In this document: positions 18,344 to 27,812 of the stretch, in pieces
Numbering within the stretch: the first letter of the stretch is position 1
How the letters are laid out: each line of letters begins with the position of its first letter
Origin: Vulcanimicrobiales bacterium
Lineage (GTDB): Bacteria > Vulcanimicrobiota > Vulcanimicrobiia > Vulcanimicrobiales > Vulcanimicrobiaceae
Assembly (NCBI GenBank): GCA_038215615.1
Contig: JBBQQR010000015.1
Location: forward strand, 1 to 47,365
DNA length: 47,365 nucleotides
Reading direction: 5' to 3'
Notes under the pieces: generated by a model
The model's database searches: none
Seen by the model: the letters and a program-made list of their open reading frames with translations, nothing else
Told to the model about the DNA's origin: nothing
Made by a program: the position numbers and the translations under genes

Positions 18344-18653
18344 CATTAAAGCAGCCGAAAAATGGATGCGCGCAACCGAGCGCCGCAGCAAACGCAACCT
18401 CGACGTCAAGACGCGTCTAAAAACGATTTACAAGAAAGCCGCCGCCGAAGGCGGCGAGCTGGTGCAGCCGGTCGAGAGTCAATTCGACAAGGCCGCCCGC
18501 AAAGGGATCATTCACCCCAACAAGGCCGCGCGCAAGAAATCGCGGCTGGCCAAAGCGGTAGCGAAGAAAGCCGCGCCCGGCTCGCCCGTCAAGAAAACCA
18601 CGAGAAAAAAGGCCGCGCCGAAAACCTCGCGCAAGAAAAAAGCCGCCAAGTAG
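18336..18653 (+). CDS. rpsT: 30S ribosomal protein S20 with Lys-rich C-terminal tail
   Basis: MPNIKAAEK; DKAARKGIIHPNKAARKKSRL. Confidence 0.93.
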   Translation: MPNIKAAEKWMRATERRSKRNLDVKTRLKTIYKKAAAEGGELVQPVESQFDKAARKGIIHPNKAARKKSRLAKAVAKKAAPGSPVKKTTRKKAAPKTSRKKKAAK

Positions 18654-18666
18654 GCGGCTTCTTCTT
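18633..18666. terminator. Probable bidirectional terminator
   Basis: AAGCCGCC-AAGTA-GGCGGCTT hairpin with A-rich and T-rich flanks between convergent genes. Confidence 0.6.
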
Positions 18667-18669
18667 ACG

Positions 18670-19101
18670 TTATGACGTGAGACTTACCGTCCAGTCCGTG
18701 TTACCGTGGATGTTTATCCATTTGAATCCACGGTGCGCGCCCGTGTCGCACCGGATCTCCTGAGCATCGTTAAAATCGAACGCGCTGGTCGTGTCGACAC
18801 AAAACTTTATGTCGCCGCCCCACGTGTCGCCCGCGGCATCGTATGCATAGTAGTAATACGAGCGGCTCGAGTCGTCGGTTTCGAGGTCGGCGTAGAGCGG
18901 GTTCTTGCAGCCGTCCGGTTCGATCTGCCACCAGCCCCAAGCGCGCTCATCGCCAAGGCCCTCATCGTCGAGGGTCGCCATCGCAACGTTCACCGTGACG
19001 TTGGTCTTGTTGCAAAAATGCATTCCCGCACGGGCAGGTGTCGGGTGAAAAACCAGCGCTCCAAAAATGAAGAACGCCGAGATCAAAACGTAACGACGCA
19101 T
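18670..19101 (-). CDS. Secreted DUF1036-family protein
   Basis: Signal peptide; FCNKT, GWWQIEPDGC, YYYYA, WGG..FCV. Confidence 0.8.
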   Translation of the reverse strand: MRRYVLISAFFIFGALVFHPTPARAGMHFCNKTNVTVNVAMATLDDEGLGDERAWGWWQIEPDGCKNPLYADLETDDSSRSYYYYAYDAAGDTWGGDIKFCVDTTSAFDFNDAQEIRCDTGAHRGFKWINIHGNTDWTVSLTS

Positions 19102-19123
19102 AATGTCCTCCGTCGCCGTAGCC

Positions 19124-20086
19124 TTATTCCGGCGCAGAGCGACCTCCTATGTTGGCGTTGCGCACCGCATCGTAGAGCCGCCGGCGAAACTCGGCGGCGG
19201 CCTGCGCCCGATCTTTCGCGCTTTCGACCGGCAGGTACGCCGTGACCTCAAGGCTGGCTTCATTCACACCGCTCAGCGCGACCGTCGCGCCGCGCGATGC
19301 CCGACTCGCGAGCGCTTCCAGCTCGTGATAGTTTCCCTTCCACGGTACCGTTGCGCTGACCGGGACCAACTGATCGTTCGGCCCTAGCGAGTAGTTGACG
19401 AGCACCGACCCCGCCACTTTTTCGTTCGGCACGATGATGGTGTTGTTTTGTGCGTCGCGAATCGTGGTGCTGCGCCATTGAATATCGCTGACCTCACCTT
19501 CCACGCCGAAATCGAACTTGACCGAGTCACCCGGCCGGATCTGGCGCGACGCAACGATGTGCACTCCCGAAAACAAGTTTGCGAGCGTGTCACGCAGCGC
19601 GATCGCGACTGCTAGACCGCCCAGCCCGAGCGTCGTGAGCAGCGGCGCGATCGAAACGCCGAAACTGCTGAGCACCGTGATGATGCCGACAACCATGACC
19701 GCGCCTTGCACGACGTTCGCGTAGAGCGACGCCGAGAAGATGCGCTTGTCGGCGTGCCTTCCGTACGCCGCCACGGCCGCGCCCAAAAACCGGGCCAAGA
19801 CCCACGTGACCGAGAGAATCGCGATCGACGAAATGAGCCGGTCGAGAAAAACCCCGGTGCGCGGAGTAAGGACGACGCTGCCCAGACCGATGTAGAGACC
19901 TGCGAGCGCGCACCATAGCACGATGACCGACGCCGTTATCGTCGCAATCGTCCCCAAAGCGTCCCAGCCGTGGCGTTTGGCTAAGCGATTCAGGGGAACC
20001 AGCAGACCGAACTGCACGATCAGGCCGGCAACGACGCCGCCCAAACCCCAAGCCAGCGGAATCCAGGCGGCGTTCGATAGGCTCAT
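19124..20086 (-). CDS. Small-conductance mechanosensitive channel (MscS family)
   Basis: LGLGGLAVAIALRDTLANLFSG; EGEVSDIQWRST; IIVPN. Confidence 0.9.
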   Translation of the reverse strand: MSLSNAAWIPLAWGLGGVVAGLIVQFGLLVPLNRLAKRHGWDALGTIATITASVIVLWCALAGLYIGLGSVVLTPRTGVFLDRLISSIAILSVTWVLARFLGAAVAAYGRHADKRIFSASLYANVVQGAVMVVGIITVLSSFGVSIAPLLTTLGLGGLAVAIALRDTLANLFSGVHIVASRQIRPGDSVKFDFGVEGEVSDIQWRSTTIRDAQNNTIIVPNEKVAGSVLVNYSLGPNDQLVPVSATVPWKGNYHELEALASRASRGATVALSGVNEASLEVTAYLPVESAKDRAQAAAEFRRRLYDAVRNANIGGRSAPE

Positions 20087-20099
20087 TGCGTCATTCTAT

Positions 20100-22493
20100 T
20101 CATGGATCGACGTTAATCGCAAGTCGCGTCGTGCGATTCTTTCGCGCCGGCGGGACGACGCGGGCGCGCACGGCGCTTCGCATCGGCTCACCTTGCATGC
20201 CTTTGAGCGCGATCCGGAAACGCCACTCGTCGTTGAGGCGCGCGATGGGGAAGGGCGCCGGACCCAGCACCTCTCCTACGCCGGCCGCCTCGAGCAACGC
20301 AGCATACTTACGAGCCTGCTCTAAGACGATGGGGCGGTTTCTTCCGAAAACCCCCAGATACAACAATTCACACGAAGGCGGATAGCGCATCGCCACACGG
20401 TCGGCGAGCTCTTGGCGCGCGAAACCGTTATAGTCATGCGCGGCTGCATATACGATCGCGGGATGATTGGGTGAGTACGTTTGCACGATCGCTTCGCCCG
20501 GGCTCGCGCGGCCGCTTCGTCCGCACACCTGCATCACCAGCGCAAACGTGCGTTCCGAGGCGCGGAACTCCGGCGCGTGCAGGCCGATATCGGCGGCCAC
20601 CACGCCGACCAACGTTACCGTCGGAAAATCCAAACCTTTGGCAACCATCTGCGTGCCGACCAAAACGTCGCCTTCTTCTCCAAATGCATCCAACAGGCGC
20701 GCGTGCTCGCCGATGCGCGTGGTCGTATCGCTGTCCATGCGGATCACGCGTGCATTTGGATAGATTTTCTGGACTTCTTCAGCCACGCGCTGCGTGCCCA
20801 CGCCGAGTTCCTTAACCGCTTCGTTACCGCACTTCTCGCATCGCTCAGGTATCGCGCGCTGCGCGTCGCAGTAATGGCAGCGCAGCTTGTGGTCGGCGCG
20901 GTGGACCGTGAGCGAGACGCTGCACCGCACGCACATCGGCACGTGCCCGCACGCGCGGCAAAGCAAGAAATTGCCGCTCCCGCGACGGTTCACGAAAAGC
21001 ACCGTCTTCTCGCGGCGCTGCATGCGTTCGTCAAGCGCTTGAAGCAGGGCGCTGCTGAAAATCCTCCGGTTCCCGGCTTCGAATTCTTGCGCCATATCCA
21101 CCACGCGGACGGCGGGCAGCTCTTGTTTGGTCGCGCGCGTGCGCAGTTCGTGGAGTTCGACGCGGCCCGCCAACACGTCGGCGAAGCTTTCCAGCGGCGG
21201 CGTCGCGCTGCCCAGGAGCAGCAAACCGCTCTCCAGACGCATCCGCTCGCGACCGACGCGCACGGCATGATAACGCGGCGAGCTGTCCTGTTTATACGAG
21301 GTCTCGTGCGCTTCGTCGACGACCAGTAAGCGAACGCTATGCAGCGGGGCAAAGACCGCGCTGCGCGCTCCGACCACAACGTCAACATCTCCGTTCGCGC
21401 ACGCCTGCCATGCATCGAACCGTTCGCGCTCGGAAAGCGCGGAGTGCAGCACCGCGACGCGCTCGCCAAAGGCTTGCTCGAACCGGCGCGCGATCTGTGG
21501 CGTCAGCGAGATCTCCGGCACCAGCACGATTGCGCTGCCGCCCCCGCGCAGCACGTGCTTGATCGCCTCGATGTAGACGAACGTTTTCCCGCTGCCGGTG
21601 ATGCCTTGCAGCAGTATCTCGTCGTGAACGCCCCCGTCGAGCTTGGCGCGAATCGCCTCGATTGCGGCTTGCTGTTCCGGCGTGGGTTCGAACAGCGGCG
21701 GCGGCAGCGCTTCGCGCCCAGAGGTCCGCGCCGGAACGATCTCTTCTTCACGAACCACGCCCGCTTTGATCGCGCGCGCCAGAATCGCTCCCGAAAATCC
21801 CGCCAGCAGCGCATCCGCGCGCGGCACTCCGGGCTGCTCGCGAACGAAATCGCCCAGCGCCTTGGCCTTCGGGCCTTTGATCACGCCGTCGCCCGGAAAC
21901 AACACTTTCACCCGGTACTCGTGCGTACGCGCATCGACGAACCGGCGCTCGCGTTTGAGGTCTCCGCTGCGCACCAGCGCGTTGAGGTAACGCATTAGGC
22001 CGGCCCGGTCGCCGGCCCGGCGCGCCTCGGGGTGACGCAAGAGTTGCTCGACGGTAAAACCTTCGCCGAGATCTTCCCAGATGAGCGAGAGTAAGCGTTC
22101 GGGCACCGATGGATAACGCTCGCGATTGGGCTGCAGCGTCGTGCGAACGAATGTGTCGATCGTACGCGGCACGGCGCCACTGAGCACCACGGTAGAAAGC
22201 GCCTCGCCCAGTGTGCACAGATAATGCGCCGCGACGAATTTGGCCAGTTGCAGTCCAATCTCGTCGAATGCACGTGGAACGTCTACGTGCGCGTTGACGG
22301 CACGCAGCGGCCGGTCGGCCTCGACCGTGCGCGGCTCCGAGACGACGAACGCAACGTGCTCGCGGCTGCCCATAGGCACGCGCACGACGTCGCCGATCCG
22401 CAGCTCGAGATCGCGCGCGTCGTAACTCAAGGGCAGGTCGAATCGCGGCGAACGAATCGCGGCGAGCGCATCGATCGAACGGACTAGCGGAAT
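20100..22493 (-). CDS. priA: Primosomal protein N' (start uncertain)
   Basis: GITGSGKT, LVPEISLTPQ, DEAHE, LLGSATP, four CxxC motifs, GTQMVAKGLDF, QVCGRSGR. Confidence 0.93.
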   Translation of the reverse strand: MPLVRSIDALAAIRSPRFDLPLSYDARDLELRIGDVVRVPMGSREHVAFVVSEPRTVEADRPLRAVNAHVDVPRAFDEIGLQLAKFVAAHYLCTLGEALSTVVLSGAVPRTIDTFVRTTLQPNRERYPSVPERLLSLIWEDLGEGFTVEQLLRHPEARRAGDRAGLMRYLNALVRSGDLKRERRFVDARTHEYRVKVLFPGDGVIKGPKAKALGDFVREQPGVPRADALLAGFSGAILARAIKAGVVREEEIVPARTSGREALPPPLFEPTPEQQAAIEAIRAKLDGGVHDEILLQGITGSGKTFVYIEAIKHVLRGGGSAIVLVPEISLTPQIARRFEQAFGERVAVLHSALSERERFDAWQACANGDVDVVVGARSAVFAPLHSVRLLVVDEAHETSYKQDSSPRYHAVRVGRERMRLESGLLLLGSATPPLESFADVLAGRVELHELRTRATKQELPAVRVVDMAQEFEAGNRRIFSSALLQALDERMQRREKTVLFVNRRGSGNFLLCRACGHVPMCVRCSVSLTVHRADHKLRCHYCDAQRAIPERCEKCGNEAVKELGVGTQRVAEEVQKIYPNARVIRMDSDTTTRIGEHARLLDAFGEEGDVLVGTQMVAKGLDFPTVTLVGVVAADIGLHAPEFRASERTFALVMQVCGRSGRASPGEAIVQTYSPNHPAIVYAAAHDYNGFARQELADRVAMRYPPSCELLYLGVFGRNRPIVLEQARKYAALLEAAGVGEVLGPAPFPIARLNDEWRFRIALKGMQGEPMRSAVRARVVPPARKNRTTRLAINVDP

Positions 22494-23563
22494 TCGGCAC
22501 CTCCAGGCAACTCGGCGATGCGTCGCACTACAGCTTTCACGGCAGAATCGGGGGCTTCGACACCGTACTCCACGTCCCCGATAGCCCGCGGCAGCACAAA
22601 GCGTAAACGCCCCTCGCGCTTCTTCTTGTCGGCCTGCATCGCCGAAAAGATCGCCGCCTGCGAGTGCCGCGTCACGACCGGAAGCTTGAGCAGCGTAAGC
22701 AGAGTGAGCAGCCGCAAGTGTTCGTCGCGCGAGAAGCGTCCGGTTCGCAACGCGAGCAGCCCGGCCGCGCGCAGGCCGACAGCGACGCCGGCGCCGTGAG
22801 AGACGCCGTATTCCGATGCGCGCTCGATCGCGTGGCCGAACGTGTGGCCCAGATTCAACAACTCGCGCTCGCCCTTTTCGAGGCGATCGTCGGCGACGAT
22901 CATCGTCTTCACTTTCAGTGAATCGGCGACCACGTTTTCCCACGGCCAGCGCCAGAACGCGTGCGGCGCCAGCGTCTCGAGGCTCTCGAAGAGCTCGCCA
23001 CCCTCGATGACGGCGTGCTTCACCATCTCCGCCAAGCCTTCACGCAGATTGCGGTAGGGCAGCGTCGCGAGGGCGTCGATGTGCGCGAAAACCGCCACCG
23101 GATTCGAAAACGTGCCGGCCAGGTTTTTCCCCTCCGGTAAATCGACGCCGGTCTTTCCGCCGATGGCCGCATCGATCATTGCGACCAGCGAGGTTGCGAC
23201 GTGCGCGTACGGCACGCCGCGCATGTAGATGGAGGCCGCGAATCCGAACACGTCCGACGCCACGCCGCCGCCGATGCCCAAAACGAGCGTTTTCCGGTCG
23301 GCTCCACTGCGCAGCAATGCGCGGAGCACATCTTCCACCGTCGAGAGACGCTTGCGCCGCTCTCCCAATCTTACCGGAATGAACGCAATGCAATTGCGTA
23401 CACCGTTCGTGAGATCTCGGCCGTATGCTGCAACGTTGGCGTCGCAAAGCACGACGAATCGCTCGCCCTGCCGCTCGAGAAAATCCGTCAGCGCCCCACG
23501 CACTGAGGGCGCGACGACGATCGGATAGCCGAGATCGTGATTCTCCGAACCCAGCGCGCTCAC
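22484..23563 (-). CDS. aroB: 3-dehydroquinate synthase
   Basis: GGGVASD, DAAIGGKTG, GKNLAG, LNLGHTFGHAIE, HG.GVAVG. Confidence 0.93.
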   Translation of the reverse strand: MSALGSENHDLGYPIVVAPSVRGALTDFLERQGERFVVLCDANVAAYGRDLTNGVRNCIAFIPVRLGERRKRLSTVEDVLRALLRSGADRKTLVLGIGGGVASDVFGFAASIYMRGVPYAHVATSLVAMIDAAIGGKTGVDLPEGKNLAGTFSNPVAVFAHIDALATLPYRNLREGLAEMVKHAVIEGGELFESLETLAPHAFWRWPWENVVADSLKVKTMIVADDRLEKGERELLNLGHTFGHAIERASEYGVSHGAGVAVGLRAAGLLALRTGRFSRDEHLRLLTLLTLLKLPVVTRHSQAAIFSAMQADKKKREGRLRFVLPRAIGDVEYGVEAPDSAVKAVVRRIAELPGGAEFR

Positions 23564-24078
23564 TGCAGTTCCTTCGGCAGCTGTTCGATGATGGCGGTCA
23601 CGAGATTGGCCGGTGTTTTTTTCGCGGCTTCGATGATGAGATCCGATTGGCGGTAGACTGACACGCGTCCGGTGTAGAGTCCGATTATTTTTGAATTTTT
23701 CGGGTTGGGTCCAAGGAGCGGCCGAACGCGCTTCGCGCTTCTTACGCGTTTGATCGTGTCCTCGATCGAGAGGTAGAGCCAGATGCTGAACGTCTTGGCT
23801 TTAACGACTTCGAGGGTCGGCGGATGCGTTACAGCGCCCCCGCCGAGCGCAATGACGCCGGGCTGCTCGTTTTCAACCGTTTTTTTTAGCGCCGTCAGCT
23901 CATAGTTCCGGAACGCCGCTTTGCCAAACCGGTCGAAAATAACGTCGATCGGTCCGTGTTCTTTTACGATGAGCGCGTCGAGGTCGAAAAAATGCACGCC
24001 CAGGCGGTTCGCCAGTTTTTTTCCGATCGTCGTTTTGCCCGCGCCCATAAAGCCGTTGAGGGCAATGTGCCGTCTCAC
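23560..24078 (-). CDS. aroK: Shikimate kinase
   Basis: GFMGAGKTT, FRNYE, ALGGG, RPLL. Confidence 0.92.
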   Translation of the reverse strand: MRRHIALNGFMGAGKTTIGKKLANRLGVHFFDLDALIVKEHGPIDVIFDRFGKAAFRNYELTALKKTVENEQPGVIALGGGAVTHPPTLEVVKAKTFSIWLYLSIEDTIKRVRSAKRVRPLLGPNPKNSKIIGLYTGRVSVYRQSDLIIEAAKKTPANLVTAIIEQLPKELQ

Positions 24079-25235
24079 GCCTCGCTGGGGGAGCGATCGA
24101 AAAGAGTCTCCGCCGCCGCTTTGCTGCGCACCAGGTTCTCGAGCGTTTCTTCAATTGAATCGCCGCCGAATTTTTCGAGCACGGGTTCTACAAGCGCAAG
24201 GCGTACCATTGCCTCGCCGACGATCGCCGCAGCCGGCACCACGCAGACGTCGCTGCGAACAACCGTCGCGGGCGCATCGGTCATCTCTTGTAAGTTGACC
24301 GATGGCAGCGCGCGCACCAGCGTCGGAATCGGCTTGACGCTCACACGTAGGACGATCGGCTGACCATTGCTCATGCCGCCCTCGACGCCGCCGGCGCGAT
24401 TGCTGGTACGCACAACCTGGCCTTCATTCAAAGCAAACGGATCGTGCGCGTCTGAACCCGAGCGCGAGGCAACATCGGCTCCCAAACCAACCTCGACCGC
24501 TTTCACGGTCTGCATGCCCATCAACGCGCCCGCCAGCACGCCATCGAGGCGTGTGTAGGGCTGACGATTGCTACCGATGCCTACCGGCATCCCGTCCACC
24601 CGAACGATGTATTGGCCGCCGAGCGTGTCGCCGGCAGCTTTCGCCTTATCGATCTCTTCGATCATGGCGAGCTCCGCTTTGGGGTCGGGGCAGCGCACAT
24701 CGCTCTTCTCAACGTCTTCTTGCGAGAAGTTGTCGATCTCCGCTTCCACCGGACCGATCCGGTGCACGTAGGAGCGCGTCGTAATTCCGAGCGCTTGCAA
24801 AAACTGCGCGCAAATTTCACCGAGGCAGACGCGCATAGCGGTTTCGCGCGCACTCGCCCGCTCGAGCACGTTGCGCAAATCTCGCTGCCGGTATTTCAAA
24901 GCACCGGCATAATCGGCGTGGCCGGGCCGCGGATTGGTCAGCGGCTTGCCGTGGCCCGTCACCGGGTCCATCAAATCGCGATTGTTCTTGTAGTCGCGGT
25001 TGCGAATCATCACCGCGATCGGCGAACCCAGCGTATACGATCCGCGCAAGCCTGCCAGAAACTCCACTTGGTCGAGCTCGATTTGCATCCGCTTCCCGCG
25101 GCCATAACCGCCTTGACGGCGCGCCAGGACCGCGTCTATCTGCTCGACGTCGATGCGCAGTTTGGCGGGAAGTCCGTCAAGGACGCCTATTAGCGCCGGG
25201 CCGTGTGACTCACCGGCGGTGAGATAGCGGAACAT
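24075..25235 (-). CDS. aroC: Chorismate synthase
   Basis: TAGESHG, PRPGHAD, ERASARET, NRAGGVEGGMSNG, RSDVC. Confidence 0.96.
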   Translation of the reverse strand: MFRYLTAGESHGPALIGVLDGLPAKLRIDVEQIDAVLARRQGGYGRGKRMQIELDQVEFLAGLRGSYTLGSPIAVMIRNRDYKNNRDLMDPVTGHGKPLTNPRPGHADYAGALKYRQRDLRNVLERASARETAMRVCLGEICAQFLQALGITTRSYVHRIGPVEAEIDNFSQEDVEKSDVRCPDPKAELAMIEEIDKAKAAGDTLGGQYIVRVDGMPVGIGSNRQPYTRLDGVLAGALMGMQTVKAVEVGLGADVASRSGSDAHDPFALNEGQVVRTSNRAGGVEGGMSNGQPIVLRVSVKPIPTLVRALPSVNLQEMTDAPATVVRSDVCVVPAAAIVGEAMVRLALVEPVLEKFGGDSIEETLENLVRSKAAAETLFDRSPSEA

Positions 25236-25271
25236 GCGGCTGTTTTAGCGGCCGCGTCGAAACTTACCCGT

Positions 25272-25715
25272 CTAGCGCCGAGTGTGTTTTCTCGGTCGCC
25301 CGCCCTTTGCTCCGTTCCGCCGCGCTGCGCGCGCCTTGGCCGGGGATCTCACGCTGCCCGCGCGCGCGTAGGGATCGTCACCAAACACAGCATCCCGTAA
25401 CAGGCCCGCTGCTGAGATCTGTATATCGAGATGATCGAGATGATCGATCTCGATCGAATCGCGAACATTATTCAGTCGGATCTTCTTCATGTCCGTCTTG
25501 GAGAGGTCGCGGAATTCTTCCATCCACCCTCGCGGAATGAGCACGATAGTTCCCGACGGCATCTTTATATTCAGCGAATCGGACCGAGCCGAGTACTCAA
25601 GGCGTACAGGGCTACGCGCCATTTCGCGCTCGCCCTCGATGCGCGCACGTTCCAGGCCTTTCTTATCCAACCCAAGGATTTTTACGGATGACATTTTTTC
25701 CATATCTCTAAACAC
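25272..25715 (-). CDS. DUF2442-family antitoxin
   Basis: DUF2442-like core (SGTIVLIP, LD..IS..GLL) and typical tail RSPAKARAARRNGAKGGRPRK; directly after a DUF4160 gene. Confidence 0.8.
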   Translation of the reverse strand: MFRDMEKMSSVKILGLDKKGLERARIEGEREMARSPVRLEYSARSDSLNIKMPSGTIVLIPRGWMEEFRDLSKTDMKKIRLNNVRDSIEIDHLDHLDIQISAAGLLRDAVFGDDPYARAGSVRSPAKARAARRNGAKGGRPRKHTRR

Positions 25716-25923
25716 AGATCGAGGCGAACGGCAACCAAGCGAATCGCACAGTTTGCATCTATTTCCGACATTCTCTTCCGGCGTTTCAGTTCAACCCAAT
25801 CGATACCAATGTGGGTTATCGATTCTCCGCCTTCATTGTTCGCGACGTGTACGTGCGGAGGCATGTGGTCACGACCACGCACGAGACTCTGAAGCGGCCT
25901 GCTCGCGGCCCGACCTTTGGCAT
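25682..25923 (-). pseudogene. DUF4160-family toxin, frameshifted
   Basis: The ATG at 25923 gives MPKVGPRAGRFRV. The DHMPPHVHV motif is in another frame. The span is 242 nt (3n+2), consistent with a 1-bp deletion near 25885. Confidence 0.7.
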
Positions 25924-25926
25924 AAT

Positions 25927-25955
25927 ATAATACCCAACACGATGGGTTTTTGCAA
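25927..25955 (-). promoter_or_regulatory. sigma70-type promoter with operator-like inverted repeat for the TA pair
   Basis: TTGCAA-17 nt-TATTAT just upstream of the ATG; ACCCA-N6-TGGGT (25932..25947) lies across the spacer. Confidence 0.55.
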
Positions 25956-25980
25956 GCAGTGGAATGGAAATTCTTCGCGC

Positions 25981-27345
25981 TCATTCGGGCGCCATACGCA
26001 ACACGTGCGGGGTTATCAGAAAAACGACTTCGTCACGTTGGTGTGTCCGTTGGCGATCTTGAAAGAACTTGCCGAGCACCGGGATCGACGAGAGGCCGGG
26101 CACACGGGTCACCGATTCCGAATCAATATCGCGCAAGAGCCCGCCCAGCACTATCGTTTCCCCATCGTGAACGCGCAGTCTTGAATCCACTTTACGGCTT
26201 GTTAAAACCGGATATCCGCCGACGAAGCCTTCGATGGCGCTGTACTCCGGGTGCATGTCCGCGGTTACTGATCCGTCGCTTCCGATGCTTGGTGTAAGCC
26301 GTAATTTAACGCCAATATCCACGAATTGAACCTGCTGGCCACCCGAACGTGAATCGAAGTAAGTTACCGGGTAGGTCTCCCCGATCAGAAGATTTGCCTC
26401 GTGATTATTGAGCGTCAGCAACTTGGGTGTCGCGAGAATCTCTGCGTGGCCCGACCTGACCAATGCATTGAGCCGTGCGTTAATGGCTAGCGCATTCCGT
26501 GCAAATGCGTAGCCGGCAGCGCCGGCGACGGCCTGCCCATTGAGGTCGTAACCGCCAAGTTGTATCCCTACGTCGCTTTGTTCGTTGATCGGCCGCACAT
26601 CTGCAACGCGGACTTCGAATAACACTTGATCGCTTGCAACGTCCATGCTTTCGACAAACCTTGCTGCCGTGTTCTGCAACGCTGCGTCCCCTGTTATGAG
26701 GACGGCATTCTGAGCGCTATCGTCAACCAAGGAGCCCTCAGGAATTACCGCTTTTAGAGCTGCGGCCATATCCGCCGAGCGAGCATACCGCAACCGGTAG
26801 ACGTGAACCGTTTTGCTCAAAGGCCCGCGGCTTTCGCTTGCGTCCAACGCGGCAACCAGGCGGCGTGCACGCGCGACGGAGGAGGGATCAGCGGAAATCA
26901 CGATTTTGCCGCTCAGTTTGTCCGGGACGATCGCGGTGCCTGGCGGCAGAACGTCCTGTAACTCTTTAGCTGTGGCAACCGCATCGGATCGGAATAAATT
27001 AAGCACAGCTGTTTCAATGCCGGCGCTGCCCGAGGAGTATCTGCGATTCATCGTTTCGGCAGTCCCGACGATAATGATCGAGCCAATTCGATGAATGGCC
27101 AGCTGCTGTGATTCGACGATAACGGCAAGAGCTTCTTCTGCCGAGACATTGGCCAGGCGCAGCGTAACTTTGTCCGGCCTAATCGACGAGTCAGCGATAA
27201 TGTTTGAGTCGGACTCGGCCGCGAGGAGAGCCAGCACCTCCGCGACAGTTGCATCGCGCACGTCGATAGAGAACCGCGCGGCGCGCGAGGGGCTCGATAC
27301 GGCCAACAGGCAGATCAGGCAACAGAGGGCGCAGGCGGCTTTCAA
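25981..27345 (-). CDS. Secretin (PilQ/GspD family)
   Basis: SIDVRDA; QVLFEVRVADV; ILATPKLLTLNNHEA; DIGVKLRLTP; GETIVLGGL; RVPGLSSIPVLGKFF; FLITPHV. Confidence 0.92.
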   Translation of the reverse strand: MKAACALCCLICLLAVSSPSRAARFSIDVRDATVAEVLALLAAESDSNIIADSSIRPDKVTLRLANVSAEEALAVIVESQQLAIHRIGSIIIVGTAETMNRRYSSGSAGIETAVLNLFRSDAVATAKELQDVLPPGTAIVPDKLSGKIVISADPSSVARARRLVAALDASESRGPLSKTVHVYRLRYARSADMAAALKAVIPEGSLVDDSAQNAVLITGDAALQNTAARFVESMDVASDQVLFEVRVADVRPINEQSDVGIQLGGYDLNGQAVAGAAGYAFARNALAINARLNALVRSGHAEILATPKLLTLNNHEANLLIGETYPVTYFDSRSGGQQVQFVDIGVKLRLTPSIGSDGSVTADMHPEYSAIEGFVGGYPVLTSRKVDSRLRVHDGETIVLGGLLRDIDSESVTRVPGLSSIPVLGKFFQDRQRTHQRDEVVFLITPHVLRMAPE

Positions 27346-27812
27346 GGTAAGCTCCTAAAAAACATCAGTACCGATCCGTCGCTTAGTACAACACGATCCG
27401 GGGCGATCGACACGACGCGCATTCCCTTTATGAAATCGCCCGGGGCGACGACCTTTGCGGCTCCTTCAATTTCGATGACAGCCTCCGGCTTTTGGCCGAA
27501 AGCGACGCCGAGGACCGAGGCGCGAATCACGTGCATACCAATGCGTCTGCCGTTGTCGGCTAGCGGCGACACGGGCAAAGGCTTTTTTAACGTGGGCTCC
27601 GGCAAGAAAGGATCCCGCAGCACCTTTACCATTGCGCCTTTCCAGGGATCGTCACGTTGTGTGATTGCCGGTTTAAAGCGATCCGGCAACACCCCGGAGC
27701 TGTAACCCGACGGTGAACCGGCGAGTGGAACCACGAGAAGTCCGCAGGTCGCGATTGCCAGACCACCGCTGATGAGCGCGCGGCGTGCGCCCTGTTCAAT
27801 TGGCCTGAGCAT
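27342..27812 (-). CDS. PilP/GspC-like protein
   Basis: Membrane anchor; LRDPF motif; AVIEIEG..VAPGD..VVSIAPDRVVL; position between pilO and the secretin. Confidence 0.6.
   Translation of the reverse strand: MLRPIEQGARRALISGGLAIATCGLLVVPLAGSPSGYSSGVLPDRFKPAITQRDDPWKGAMVKVLRDPFLPEPTLKKPLPVSPLADNGRRIGMHVIRASVLGVAFGQKPEAVIEIEGAAKVVAPGDFIKGMRVVSIAPDRVVLSDGSVLMFFRSLP

Noticed and set aside
22494..22943. 150-aa N-terminal extension of PriA in the ORF track
   Set aside because: It overlaps aroB in another frame and has Arg-rich shadow composition.
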